Assembly: GCA_951406725.2 (NCBI GenBank)
Contig: OX597816.1
Coordinates: forward strand, 119,660,001-119,724,000
Length of the DNA stretch: 64,000 bases
Direction: 5' to 3'
DNA from: Octopus vulgaris
Taxonomy: Eukaryota
Shown here: positions 26,956-41,054 of the stretch, in pieces
How positions within the stretch are numbered: the stretch's first letter is position 1
Layout: the number at the start of each line of letters is the position of its first letter
Translations under genes and position numbers: made by a program
Notes under the pieces: generated by a model
Seen by the model: the letters and a program-made list of their open reading frames with translations, nothing else
Database searches by the model: none
What the model was told of the DNA's origin: nothing

Positions 26956-27019
26956 TTGCAATAGACCAAAAGACATAGTGCTAAGTCACTCGAGTTACCA
27001 TGTCTTTTTGCCAATGGAA
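26956..27019 (-). ncRNA. Candidate pre-miRNA-like hairpin
   Basis: Reverse complement: TTCCATTGGCAAAAAGACATGGTAACTCGAGTGACTTAGCACTATGTCTTTTGGTCTATTGCAA; 12-bp uninterrupted core whose G-U pairs form only on the minus strand. Confidence 0.35.
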
Positions 27020-27146
27020 TTCCGAAGGGAATAAAAAAAAAACGTAAATGTTTGTTTTTGTAGATTTTTGTCGTATTTTTTTGTCTTACATCTCTTTAAC
27101 ACTCCAACACACGAAATTGCACAACCATACGCACACACACACGCAT

Positions 27147-27203
<57 letters not shown>

Positions 27204-27562
27204 CACACACACGCTCACACATACATGTCTGCGTGTGCACGCAAGCGCTCTCACATCCCTCTTCTCATAGTTTTCTCTTTTTGTCTTTTTTGCCTTTACT
27301 TTTTTCCACCTATTACTATTATAACTCTTTTCCAACTCTCATAATATATATATATGTGTGCGTGTGTGTGTGTGTTTATATATATATATATTTCCATATA
27401 TACACACACATATATATGTTTATACGTATGTATGTATATACATGCGTATATATATATATATATATATATATATACTTATATTTATATATATATATGTGTG
27501 TGTGTGTATAGATATAGATAGATAGTTATAGATATGTATGTAGGTATGTACGTATGTATAAG

Positions 27563-27605
<43 letters not shown>

Positions 27606-27714
27606 GTATATATATATGTATATATATGCATATAGATATATATACATACATATATTTACATATACATATATAAATGTGTGTGTGTGTATATATATGTATG
27701 TATATATCTATCTA

Positions 27715-27764
<50 letters not shown>

Positions 27765-28659
27765 CATATGAGTTTATATAGACACACTTATGCGTGTATA
27801 TGTCTTTTTTAGTCGATTATGTTTATTTTACTTCTATGTTCCCATTTTATAGTTTTTTCTCTATCATTCTCTCTTCATTCGCTTTCACCGCCATCCTACC
27901 TCTACTTTTGAACTTTATTCTCTGTTTCTCTCACTATCTCTCCTCTCTCTCTCTCTCTCTTTCTTCTCTCTTCTCTCCTCTTCTCTTCCCTTCCGCCTCG
28001 ATTTTACCTTTATAGATCAATCAAAAGAATTTGGACAGAAAACAAATTCCCTCTTTCTCTGTTGTTTCATCGTCCAAATTACACTAGTTTTTATATATCT
28101 ACATGGAACCGTTCTAGTTTTATCTTCACGCTACTTTACAGAAACCTATACAACACAGATAAAATAAATGGGTTCGAAAAAGATAAAAAATAAACGCGAA
28201 AAAAAAACTTCTGTTGCTTCTTCTACATTACTATATAGACATTTGTTATCATCACCATCATCATCATTATCATCATCAACGTCATCTCCATCTTTAACAC
28301 CTTCACAATCATAATAATAATAATAATAATAATAATAATTTATTACATAGGCACAAGGCCTCAGATTTAGATGGGGAATATTTGCTGATCATATCAGCGC
28401 CTGTAGTTGACTGTGCATTATTTTTTTCGAACCAGGAGTGATGAAAGATAAAGTTAACCTCGACAGGCAAGATTTGAATGCAGAATGTAAAAAGTTTTCG
28501 CAATAACATTAATAATTGCCTCTTACATAAGCACAAGGTCTATCATTTTGAGGGGTGACAGTCGATTACATCGATCGCAGTACTTGATTCGTTCTTCATT
28601 TAATCAACCTCCAAAAGAATAAAAGGTAAAGTTGCCATCGGTGGAATTTGAACTTAGTC

Positions 28660-29890
28660 TCCACTTGACGCAGGGCTGTAACTCTGTCAAAGAGACGAGG
28701 GGGAAAAAAACATGTCTGACAAAAGATGATCACACCTGCCCACCATCAAAGAAAAGCTGTTGATGACACAGCCTCAGCAGGCGGATGTCTACACGCTATT
28801 AGCCACGGCATACACTGTCTTCCACTCAGCAAGTCTTGACAGTAAATTAGTTAATTGGAGAGACTGACCAATAGAACGCGTCACCTCCACAGAAAGCGGG
28901 AGAGCAGACGTTCCAGTCAGTTCAGATGTAAATTGGAGAAAGGCTTGACAGGCGTAATAGCTGATGCACGCGATGTGAACGTTCGCCCCTCTTTCCGACC
29001 TTTCAAGGGTATCTCACTCTCAGCAAGGCGGCGAGCTGGCAGAAACGTTAGCAAGCCGGGTGAAATGCTTAGCGGTATTTCGTCTGCCGCTACGTTCTGA
29101 GTTCAAATTCCGCCGAGGTTGACTTTGCCTTTCATTCTTTCGGGGTCGATTAAATACGTACCAGTTACGCGCTGGGGTCAATATAATCGACTTAATCCGT
29201 TTGTCTGTCCTTGTTTGTCCCTTCTGTGTTTAGCCCCTTGTGGATAGTAAAGAAATAGGTATCTCACTCTCATCCTATTTGTGAGTGAAACTGGTTACCC
29301 TGTTCAACCTCTCGTCCTGATCCTTGCCCAAGTGGAGGACTGGACTAAGCCAGAAACCGAGCAATTTAGTCAGTTCGTCCATCCAGCACCTTACGATTTT
29401 GGTACCAAGCTACCGGTCCACTGACGTTTCCTGCTTAATTTTCTCGCCTGTCTCTGCCCTGTATTCACTCAAAGTGACGCCGACTACCTCTGTGTGCTTG
29501 GTATCTACCTCTATTATAGTCACATTGTCAACACAGATCTTCCACATTCTAGTTCACGTGGGATGCTTCTCAACGTCTCAGTTTCCGCACTAGTGGGTCT
29601 AGTATCTCTACGTACAGAAGAAATGTAAGTGGACGACCTTGGTGGACTGATTGAATGATACTGAACCGGTCTGGTAGATGGCCATTTACTCCGATCACCG
29701 AACGGATGTCACTGCACATTACAGCGATCCAGCACCTGAAAATGCTGCTGTAACCAGCCACTTTGAGGAGATCCGTCAAGCACCAATGGTGGACATGTAT
29801 ATAGTGATTTTTCTGGGCATTCTAAGAATTATTCAAAACCTGTTTAGGTTTAACTTTTCTGAGAATGGCCCATACCAGTGATACTTAGAG
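28660..29890 (-). mobile_element. L1/Tx1-clade LINE RT fragment, interrupted by a SINE
   Basis: IRSVIGVNGHLPDRFSIIQSVHQGRPLTFLLYVEILDPLVRKL (SVRQGCPLSPLL), a degenerate YADD (VDNVTII) and a downstream MPWL motif. Confidence 0.85.
29027..29257 (+). mobile_element. SINE family A, full length with 15-bp TSD
   Basis: Near-consensus copy; TSD GGTATCTCACTCTCA at 29008-29022 and 29258-29272. Confidence 0.92.
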
Positions 29891-29974
29891 TTTGTCAAAG
29901 GCTTTGCGGAAAAGTAAGGCAATTCATCTTCATTTTAATGATTTTCAATAACTTTTAAGATTGAGAAACTATTA

Positions 29975-30469
29975 TTTTAAAAAGTATATCATCGAAATTG
30001 GATTGACTCCTTTCAAATTGCAAATTTTATAAAGCCAAAATATCTGAATAATAGCCTCTTCCGTGGTTTTTGTTGTTCAATCAGATCTCAGATATGAACA
30101 TTTAATATATTATTCGGAGATTAGCTGGTTATCTCGCGGAAAAGTTCGGCAGTGAGCTATGTCACTGCGAAGTGAAGTAGAAATTTTTTATCTGACATAT
30201 AAAAAAAAAAATCATACTTTAGCTTCAAGATTCTCAGATAGCAAGTCAATGCTTCAGTTAGTTTATTTTTTCCGGTATTTTATTTTTTTAATTGAATGAC
30301 TTAAATATCTCTCTACAAGGCCGTGATCAAACAATTATTGGTTTAATGGAGAAAATAAATGCGCTTAAAGAAAAGCTCAAATTGTGGAGAAGGAAAGTTG
30401 AGCAAGAAAAAATGCAACTTCATCCAGTATTCAGTCTACTGAAAAAATATTACAATAATAATAATAATA

Positions 30470-30516
<47 letters not shown>

Positions 30517-30582
30517 TGTCATCATCATCATCGTCGTCGTCATTATCATCATCATCATCATCATCATTATTATCATTACTAT

Positions 30583-30617
<35 letters not shown>

Positions 30618-30930
30618 TTTTAATTTCAATTTTAATGACGTACAGGATATTATTTTGAAACATTTAGCAAAATTGATAACAGAATTTAGATTCAGTCGTT
30701 GCATTCCAACAGAGGATGCTGAGATATATTTAGTACTAGCATTAACGATTTGCATGAGAATTTTGTCGATATTAATAAATGTAGCAGTTATAATTTCAAT
30801 GAGAATGTCGAATTTATCGGTGCTTTTTTGCTGAATGTTAAGGCGGAGAAACCAGTTGTTGGAAAGAAAGCAATGAAGGTGCTTCTTCCCTTTACTACAA
30901 ATATTTGTGAGAATTAAGCTTTTTAAAGAC
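29975..30930 (+). mobile_element. hAT (Charlie/ZBED-like) transposase pseudogene
   Basis: YYSEISWLSRGKV (HTEVRWLSRG), LNDLNISLQG..KINALKEKLKLW, KKAMKVLLPFTT; stops and frameshifts. Confidence 0.9.
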
Positions 30931-32437
30931 TGTTAACTTCATTTGAATATTTATTATTTGTTATTTGGTGTCAGTGACCAGGTCGTAGTTCGCGCAAACA
31001 AAATTTTGATACCCTATAACAAATAATAAATGTTTAAGTGAATTTAACTGTCGTCGTGTGTTTTTGAATATCTAACATGTGTTTTCCACGCTGCAGTCGT
31101 TTTAGTTTCATCACAGAGTCTCAGATCAAATCATTTGCCTGACAAGTACACCTCCGAAACAAGGTTTTCAATCTTAATTACAAAAATGAAACGAAGAAAT
31201 TGATTGAAACCAGAAACTGATTGCGACAAAGGCGTAACTTATTGAAGATGAAACCTACACCGAAGGAACTTCTCAACTTGTCCAAACCAACGAAATTCCA
31301 TAAAAGTGCTAACAATTTCATAGTATTTAAGTAATGAATTTTAGAAAATTGCCACAAATTGGCGGGCATATACAGAGCGCTCAAAAAGCCTAAGGCTTCC
31401 TAACTATAGATTCCGACTATTCTCTAATTGATATTACTAAATCTTGATATAAAATATCCTTAATATAATATTCTAAAATTCAATATAATCTTTCACAATA
31501 GCGAACGTAATATTATTGCTACAACGGAAGTTATTAAAAGACAAGTGATGAGCCATGCTACAGTTAGTTATGTATCCAAAACTTAAATCATTATTTGTGA
31601 GGCTTATCAATGTTTATTTTCATAAAGTAAATGATGCCGAAAACTAAATTTAGCACATCACCATAATTTTAAAATTAATTGGCTATTCTCAGTTGCAGAT
31701 TTAGTGTTCAAGTAATAAAATTTATTTTCAATATTTAGTAGAATTACGGAGAAAATTGAGCGAAATCTTCCTCCATTTTCCCATTACACAAAACTAAATC
31801 AGTTTCCTTGTCTTAATTAGATATTAGATTATTACTTATTGTATTTACTCATATATTAAATATACTAAAGAAAATCTATAGTGAACTAGATAAAAACAAT
31901 TTACTGACTTCCTTTTTATTACAAGTTTTGTGTTACCATCTTAAAATTACATACTACTTGGGGTTGCTATTCTAAAAGGTTGAGTAATACTGACGGAGAG
32001 AGTCAGTTATTGGATCGATAGAGGTTTAAAGCTAAATTAAGCATAGCACCGAACTAGATGTTTTACATCGAATCCAGGAATTTCTTTACCAAGACGTTCT
32101 TAGGATAACTTCGATAAGAGACAGCAATGATGATGATGACGACCATGACGACCATGACAGTGATCATCGAATGGAGATTGTCGACAATAGTACACCTATC
32201 TTTGGGAGGTAGGATAGACTTAGTCACCCGTTTTATTACTATCACTTACGGAGACCGTTGAGCTCACTTTCGTGAGACACATTCTCGATTTTGAAATCTA
32301 CTGCATCTTTCGAGAGTTGTTAACTCTCCATCATAACTAGTTTGCTCCTTCGATCACTGACCATCAGTGAGACACTCCTCGCAACAATACGAAAAGTCAT
32401 TAAACTCTGCTCTTCTTCTTCTGACTAAAAGAAAAAA

Positions 32438-32493
32438 ATGAGGAGGAGGAGGAGGAGGAAGCTGATGTCGACGACGATGAAGATGACGATGTC

Positions 32494-32534
<41 letters not shown>

Positions 32535-32797
32535 CGACAACGATGACGATGACGACGATGACGATGACGAAGATGCCGATGACGATTTCGATGACGATGA
32601 GGGAGCGGATGTGGGGGGGAGGAGGAGAAGGGGAGGAAGAAGAGGGAAGGAATAGAAGGAGGAAGAAGAAGAGCAGGGGAGGAAGAGGAGGAGGCGGAGG
32701 ATAGCAGTGGTGCTCAGAGGCATACTGATGAAATGGATACAGCTGTATCAGAAAATATCAACACCCACAGCAACAGCATCAACAACAGCAGGCAGTA

Positions 32798-32878
<81 letters not shown>

Positions 32879-32945
32879 AAGAAGAAGAAGAAGAAGAAGA
32901 AGAAGAAGAAGAAGAAGAAGAAGAAGAAGAAGATGATGATGATGA
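32438..32945. repeat. Compound trinucleotide low-complexity tract (GAG, GAT/GAC, GTA, GAA)
   Basis: Successive pure or degenerate triplet runs. Confidence 0.9.
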
Positions 32946-33216
32946 CGATTAAAACAAGAACAAGAACAATTACAATACACAGCAAGAACAATTTTGCAAG
33001 TGTAAAAGAAAGGAATTGCTGCCTGGCTGAAGCTGACAATGTATGTGTGTATGTGTGTGTGATTGAATGTGTATGTGTATCGATATATACACACACATAC
33101 ACATATTTACATACAGGTATATGCATGCCTATATAATATATATGTATTTATATTTTCATTCATATATATACATATACATATATTCCTGTGTATATATATG
33201 TATGAATGTATACATA

Positions 33217-33249
<33 letters not shown>

Positions 33250-33370
33250 GCGCATATGTATGTATATATAAATATATATATATATACATATATATGCATA
33301 TATAAATATATATATATACACATACATATATATATATACATACACATACATATATATATTTACATACACA

Positions 33371-33412
<42 letters not shown>

Positions 33413-34430
33413 CACACACACACATACATGTATATACACGTAATGCCTCATTCGATACTAAATGCTCAGTGGTGCACATATATTTTACTATTTTTCAGAG
33501 AAAGCAGTAATAATGTGCGGTGACTGGCTAAAGTTCTGCCAAACACAGCCATTTTGGAGCTCAGTCTTGCGACAAAATGAGAGAAGACAAAATTTGTTTA
33601 AAAAAATAGAATGTGTGTGTGTGTGCGCGCGCGTATGTGTGTGTATGTGTGCGTGTGAATATGTGTGTACGTGTGTGTACGTATGTATATACGTGTGTAT
33701 ATGTGTGTGTACACTACGGCCATGTATCACACACACACCTATATATAGACATACATATATGTGCATATTACATATTATATGCATACATATATATTTACAA
33801 GCATATATATGCATGCATAAACATATACGTGTATGTGTGCGTGTGTATGTGTATCAATATACACGCGCGCACACACGCACACGCGCATGTATGTATATAT
33901 GTATGTATATGCGCGTATGAAGACACACAAACGCATGTGTATGTCTGCACATCCGTATAGATACTGTCACGCAAACCTACATACACACACAAAATGGTGT
34001 GTGTGTAAGTGTGTGTGTGTGTGAGTGTGTGTGTGTGTGTTTATGCATGGATCTGTGTATATGTGCATAAGTATGCATGTGAGTGTATGTATATATTGTC
34101 TGTAAGCCTAGTCAGCTAGAGCTATTTAGGTGATTCCTAGGTTAACTCTTTCTATCCTCGAGTAAAATTCATATAATTTCGTGCATTACATTACATTTTG
34201 TAGGGATTTTATCCAGTGTAAGAATCGAGGAAAAAAATGCAAATGAAACGAATCGATAAATTTTTTGATCTGTAGACTAATTATGAAAGCGTTTGCAATT
34301 ATTTTTTTTTTTTTAATATTCCAATGATTTACGGTAAATAGATAAGTTTATATTTTTAAGGACGAGGGCTTTTTTTCTGCCCCAAAAAAGACACGAGGTT
34401 ACAAATATATTCTTTTATTCTTTTCTTCTT

Positions 34431-35052
34431 TTACTTGTTTTAGTCATTTGACTGCGGCCATGCTGGAGCACCGCCTTTAGTTGAGCAAGTCGACACCGGG
34501 ACTTATTCATTGTAAGCCTAGTACTTATTCTATCGGTTTCTTTTGCTGAACCGCTAAGTTACGGGGACGTAAACACACCAGCATCGGTTGTCAAGCGATG
34601 ATGAGGGTACAAACATAGACACACAAACATGTACGCACGCATATATACATACATATATGTACATACCTACATATATATGTAAATAAACGTGCATATGTGG
34701 GTACAGGACATAAAAAAAAAACATGAACAAAATGAGAAACGAGAACATAAAAAAAAAAAACATAGAAAACGAACTTTTTTTCGGACAACGAAATAAACAA
34801 ATAGAGAAACGGGACAGACAGCATAAAAAACATTCCCTTCATCAATTGTCCCGTTTTATCTACTCCGCGTTTCGAAGATAGGGACATACGACGGACTTCT
34901 TTCAGTTTCCGTTTACCAAATCCGCTCACAAGGCTTTGGTCGGCCCGAAGCTATAGTAGAAGACACTTGTCCAAGGTGCCACGCAGTGGGACTGAATCCG
35001 GAACCATGTAGTTGGGAAGCAAGCTTTTTACCACACAGACACTCCTGCGCCT
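34431..35052 (-). mobile_element. SINE family B with an insert (about 34695-34888) of the repeat seen at 1-330
   Basis: SINE 3' module at 34431-34630 and head at 34889-35052 flank the unrelated insert. Confidence 0.8.
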
Positions 35053-35282
35053 AAAAAAAAATTAATTCCACTGTTTGTTTGTTTGGTCTTTTTTTTTTTG
35101 TTTGTTTGTTTTTTGTTGTTGTTCCAAGAGGCTGAAGAGTAAATTCGTCACTGGAAGGCTTTGAACTCGGTACATAAAGAAACGTGACTTAATATGAATA
35201 GCGTGAAGCATTTCGGCCGTCGCTCTAACAGGCACAGACATTTTTGTGCCAAGATAATAAATGAAATTATGACTGTTCTGCG

Positions 35283-35490
35283 AGGTAGCGAGCTGGCAGA
35301 ATCGTTAGCACACCGGACAAATTCGTCCGTCGTTACTGTCAGTTCAAATTCTACCGAGGTCGACTTTACTTTTCTTCCCTTTCGGGGTAGAGGAAATAAG
35401 CACCAGTGAAGTACTGCGGTCAATGTAATTAACTAGACCTCTTTTCCAAAATTTCAGGCTTTTTGCCTATAGTAGAAATGATATTATTGC
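35283..35490 (+). mobile_element. SINE family A
   Basis: GCGAGCTGGCAGAATCGTTAGCAC head and central domain. Confidence 0.8.
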
Positions 35491-35779
35491 TGTTCTACCA
35501 CATTACGGTATATTTCTGAATAAGATGAGCTTCTATAGCCATTGTTTATATCCGATCTCAAGTAGCATTAAACAGAAATTAAAGAAATGTCCAAGTCATT
35601 TGTATGTACTTCCTGGATATGGTATTAGACTACCGCAGAAAATTTTCTCTCTATAAAGGGAAAATATTTAAACTTGAGATTGAAAGACAATCAATTGCTC
35701 AACAACGGGTGCTTTTCGCAAAGACTACTTGGTTGCAAACATTCGGAACAAATCAATGGTCTAAAGAGAACTCCCTTTC

Positions 35780-36060
35780 CCCTGTGGCGGGGAACCTGAA
35801 AAAATTCATAGCCGTGGCCCTTCTTTCTCTGAGTAAGCCATCCATCCGTCCATCTCTTTCATCCACTATTACATCTATCTCCTTCATCTACTATTCCTGA
35901 GAGAGTCGGCCATAAGATCCTATCAGAAGCATCCGTCTTCCACTGCTGTGACCTCTCAATTCGGAGAAGTAGCGTCTGGACCCGGAGAGATTCCCTGGTC
36001 TCCCAGCTGCACATCCTGTCGAATAACGTTACTCCAGAAATCTTTCGGAAGAAATTCATA
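35780..36060 (-). mobile_element. RTE-clade LINE 3' fragment
   Basis: MNFFRKISGVTLFDRMCSWETRESLRVQTLLLRIERSQ. Confidence 0.8.
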
Positions 36061-36519
36061 CAATTTAAAAAAGAATACTACTTACAACAAACCTGCTTTA
36101 CAGTCTATGTCATTACAAAAGTTTACGCTACCTACTTACCAACCTGGTTGACTGAGCCTGCCACCTCTTTTCTTTTCACCCATCCAGCCTCTTTCCCAAA
36201 TCGTTGGACTATCCATTTCCCCAGTCCCCAAAAGCTGATCTCTATAGATCTTTGAGTTTCTGTTTCTGTAGTGAGACAAATCTATTTAAGAATAGAAACA
36301 CCATTGTATTGCAGTAAGCAACTTTCCACACTGATGTATCTACTATCTTTCCTGCATAATCACACATTTAAACGACATGATCGAGTGGATTAGGAATTGG
36401 ACCACCAGTTCATAGATGGTGAATCAAAATCCACTGTATGCGTTTCTTTTTGTCCCTAGAGTGGAACCGTTATTCTACTACTTTTTTCAATTCATCTAAC
36501 TACAGGAAATAGCTAAAAT

Positions 36520-36841
36520 AAAACACTAATGAAGTACTAGGGTCGATGTAATCGACTAGCCTTTTCTCCCAACTTTCAGGCATCGTGTCTATACTAGAAA
36601 GCATTATTAGTAAGGCGGCGAGCTGGCAGAAACGTTAGCAGCCGGGCGAAATGCTTAGCAGTATTTCGTCTGCCGTTCTGAGTTCAATTTCCGCTGAGGT
36701 CGACTTTGCATTTCATCCTTTCGGGGTCGATTAAATAAGTACTAGTTACGCACTGGGGTCGATATAATCGACTTAATCCGTTTGTCTGTCGTTGTTTGTC
36801 CCCTCTGTGTGTAGCCCCTTGTGGGCAGTAAAGAAATAAGA

Positions 36842-36895
<54 letters not shown>

Positions 36896-37086
36896 GGTGA
36901 TGAGCTGGCAGAATCGTTAGCACGCTTAGCGGCATTTCATCTGTTTTTACGTTCTGAGTTCAAATTCTGCCAAGGCCGACTTTGCCTTTCACCCCAAGTA
37001 CCAGTTGCGCACAGGCATCGATATAAACGGCTAGACCCCTCCCACCAAAATTTCAGGCCTTGAGCCAAAATTTAAAATCATCATCA

Positions 37087-37129
<43 letters not shown>

Positions 37130-38279
37130 GAGGCGGAGAGCTGGCAGAATCTTTAGCGCATCGAACAAAGTGCTTAACGGCTTTTCTTGGTGTTCTTTTT
37201 GTTCTGAGTTCAAATACCACTGAGGTCAACTTTACTTTTCATCCTTTCAGAATCGATAAAAATAAGTACCGGTCAAGTACTGGGGTTGATGGTATCGATT
37301 AACTCCTTCACCGAAAAACTATTGGCCTCTACCAAAACATGAAACAATTATTATAAGACAAAGGCGGCGAGCTGGAAGAAACGTTAGCACGCCGGGTGAA
37401 ATGCTTAGCGGTATTTCGTCTGCCGCTACGTTCTGAGTTCAAATTCCGCGGCATCCTTTCATCCTTTCATCCTTTCGGGATCGATTAAATAAGTACCAGT
37501 TACGCACTGGGGTCGATATAATCGACTTTATCCGTTTGTCTGTCCTTGTTTGTCCTCTCTGTGTTTAGCTCCTTGTGGGCAGTAAAGAAATAGGTATTTC
37601 GTCTGTCGCTACGTTCTGAGTTCAAATTCCGCCTTAGTCGACTTTGCCTTTTATCCTTTCAGGGTCGATAAATTAAGTACCAGTTACGTTCTAGGGTCGA
37701 TCCAATCGACTGCCCCCCTCCCCAAAAATTTTGGGCCTTGTGTCTAGAGAAGAAAAGATCATATTATAAGAGGACCAGCTATTGGAACTGTTTGCGCATT
37801 GGGCACAATAGTTTGTGGCATTTCTTCAGGCTATTCACGTTCTGAGTTCAAAACACAGTGAGGGTAACTTTGCCTTTTATTCTTTCCGGGCCGAAACAAA
37901 TAAAATACCAGTCAAGTACTGCGGTCGATGTTATCGATTATCTTCTTCCCTCTAGAATTACTGGCCTTGTGCCAATAACATTATTGTTATTGTTGTTGCT
38001 GCTGCTGATGATGATGATGATGATGATAATGATGATGAGGAGGAGGATGATGATGTTGATGATAATGATGATGAGGGCAGTGGATTGATGAAATCGTTTG
38101 ACTGTTGAACAAATGCTTGGCGATATTTCTTCCGGCTCTTTACGTTCAAATGCCGTCGAGGTCAACTTTGCCTTTCATCCTTCCGGGATCAATAAAATAA
38201 AGTATTAGTCAAGTACTGGATCGATATAATCTATTAACCACCACCACCGTCCATTATTCCACACACACCACACACACCA

Positions 38280-38322
<43 letters not shown>

Positions 38323-38345
38323 TTTCTGTCCTTGAGCCAATCATA
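36520..38345 (+). mobile_element. Head-to-tail array of about seven SINE family A copies
   Basis: Heads near 36614, 36896, 37132, 37363, 37772 and 38075, plus a 3' remnant at 36520; spacers are (ATT)n or (GAT)n. Confidence 0.9.
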
Positions 38346-38347
38346 GG

Positions 38348-38402
<55 letters not shown>

Positions 38403-40014
38403 CCTTAATTGCCGAAATTTCCATGCATAATTAAGATATTACTATAACCGTTGTTGATTTGGTCTGTTGTACATTTCCTCCTATAATTAAATAAAAGGAC
38501 TATTGCTTTTGCTGTTGTTGTTGCTGCTACTGTTGTTATTGCTGCCGCTGATGTTGCTGCTGTTGCTGTCACTGCTGTTGTTGCCGTTGTCGTCGCCATC
38601 ATCGTCGTTGTTTCCGTTATCGACGTCGTTCGTGGTTGATAATTTTACTTCTTGTCATCACCATCGGCGTTTTCGTCGTAGTCACTGTTATTGCAGTCGG
38701 TTATTAATTAAATACCTAAATAAACAAACATATAAAAGACCATTAGAAATGTTTTATTGCATTTGATTTCTTGTCTGAAGTCAATCATCAGAGATATATT
38801 TTTGGCCTGTATCAGCAGTTAGGATGATTCTTTCAGCATATAAAACTGTTAAAGCTAAGTGTTATTAACCAATGAAATACACTTCTGTAAACATGATAGA
38901 TTTGATGCAAGCTGTGAGCTGAAAACAACGCACGCATTCTGAACATCGGTGTGCATCTAATTGGTGTAGGCATAAGAATGACAGTCATACTATAGAAATC
39001 GTGTATGGATGTGAGAAAATCGATCTCGTGTCATTCTAAGTTTCAGATTCTCTCCCTCTCCACTCTAACAACAATCACCACCGCCGACTCTATCACTAAT
39101 CATGCCCATCGTCACCGCCATTATTTTATCTTAACCAGTATTTCTCTTTCTCTCGTTCTCTCTCTCTCTCTTTCCCCCCTCTCTCTCTCTCTCTCTCTCA
39201 TACTTTCGCCTCCTATATCATTATTAAGCAATATCTTTACTCGCCAATGTCTCCTTCTCCTTCTCCTTCATTTCCTCATTCAGCTATTACTGCTTTTCTT
39301 TCCGACAAAGCTTTAAAACGATAGAAAGGAGGAAAAATATAAACGTGGCAGTAGTGAAGAAGGAGGAGGAAGGCGAGGAGGAGGATAGAAAAGTGAAAGA
39401 AAAGAGGAAAGAGAGGCAGGGTGAAATGGGATGGCAGAGAAGTTATCTTCTCATCTTCCAGCCGTCAGTAATGATCGATGACGTGGCAGGTCACGCGATC
39501 CTAGGGGACCGACGCCATTTGCTATCACGGCTGGTTGCCTGTACAGTCGTTTCATTGGCGATAAATTCCCTCCCGCCTCTCAGTTTTTCCCTTTAACTCG
39601 TAAGAGTTGTGCACCGCCCGCACCGGTGGCCAAGCTTGAAAATATAAGGACCACTCAAATAAGTTTGTCTCTTGGTATTTCACGATCAACTATCTACTGA
39701 TGAAAATGGTGCATGAAGAATGGGCAACTTCAACAGAAGTCTCGTTGGGCAGGCCGTGAATCTTGTGTTTGTTTAACGTTCACGGTACATAACCGATAAT
39801 TTCGTCGCAGTACGCCACTCATCTTCCATAACAAATGTACAAAATACTAAACTCTATTTGAATGAAAAGTCTAAGTGAAGCCATCAGAGAAATTTACTGC
39901 AAACTACGTCACGCTCCGTTGGGGCGCTCGGTTTTCTGATGGTGTTTTTGTCAGAACGATTGCTGCTGCGCGGAAGAAAATGAAACAAAAACAAATAAAG
40001 AGAAAAATGAACAA

Positions 40015-40066
<52 letters not shown>

Positions 40067-40477
40067 AAGCCAATATTTAGTTGTGGCTGGTAGCGGGAAG
40101 TGGCAGGGACGGTATGTGACTCTTGTCGTGTGGTTCAGATGGATTACACAGCTTCTATGCAAGCAATTTATTTATAAGTTTTCTACGTGTGATAAAAAGT
40201 GCAATAAAATTAGATATTCGAACATGTATAATATTTTATGTATGACTGCATGATATATTTACATACATACATACATACATATATATAAATATATATATAT
40301 GTGTATATATAAATTAATATATATGTACATGTATGTACATATATGTACATATATGTACATATATGTACATGTACATGTGTATATGTATGTATATGTATAT
40401 ATACATGTACATATATAAAAAACATATACATATATATACATATACATACATATACACATGTACATATATGCATATAC

Positions 40478-40538
<61 letters not shown>

Positions 40539-41008
40539 CATACATATACACATGTACATATATGCATATACATATATATAAATATATATATATATATACA
40601 TACATATATACACACATATATACAAATTATATACATACACATATATATATATACTCACACACACACATACACGCACACATACTCGTAGATATTTGCATAT
40701 ATCTCCATAAACAGATAAAGAAAAAGACAGATAACATATCTGTATGTCTACAAATACATGTGTCTGCATATGCGCTTACGCATGTACATGCATATTTTTC
40801 ATATATACATGTGTGTGCATATATGTGTGTGTGTGTGTGTGTATATATAAACAAATATATGTGTATATGTATGCGTGTATAAATTATATGTGAGTATGTT
40901 TACGCGTGTGTATGTGTGTACGTGCGTTACTATATGCACACAGTGGACATACCTATATAATACAATTATCATATGTATATTCATATATGTATAAATAAAT
41001 ATGTGTAC

Positions 41009-41054
<46 letters not shown>

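Noticed and set aside
32035-32655. Acidic D/E-rich frames followed by an RGG-like stretch
   Set aside because: No start codon, bounded by stops, built from triplet microsatellites, and splice signals are weak.
33515-33573. Hairpin containing CACAGCCATTTTG, reminiscent of miR-2/miR-13
   Set aside because: The seed reads AACACAG rather than ATCACAG, the match starts in the loop, and the stem is short and bulged.
36520-38345. Repeat-spacer pattern superficially like a CRISPR array
   Set aside because: Units are ~200-bp diverged SINEs in eukaryotic DNA, and there are no cas genes.
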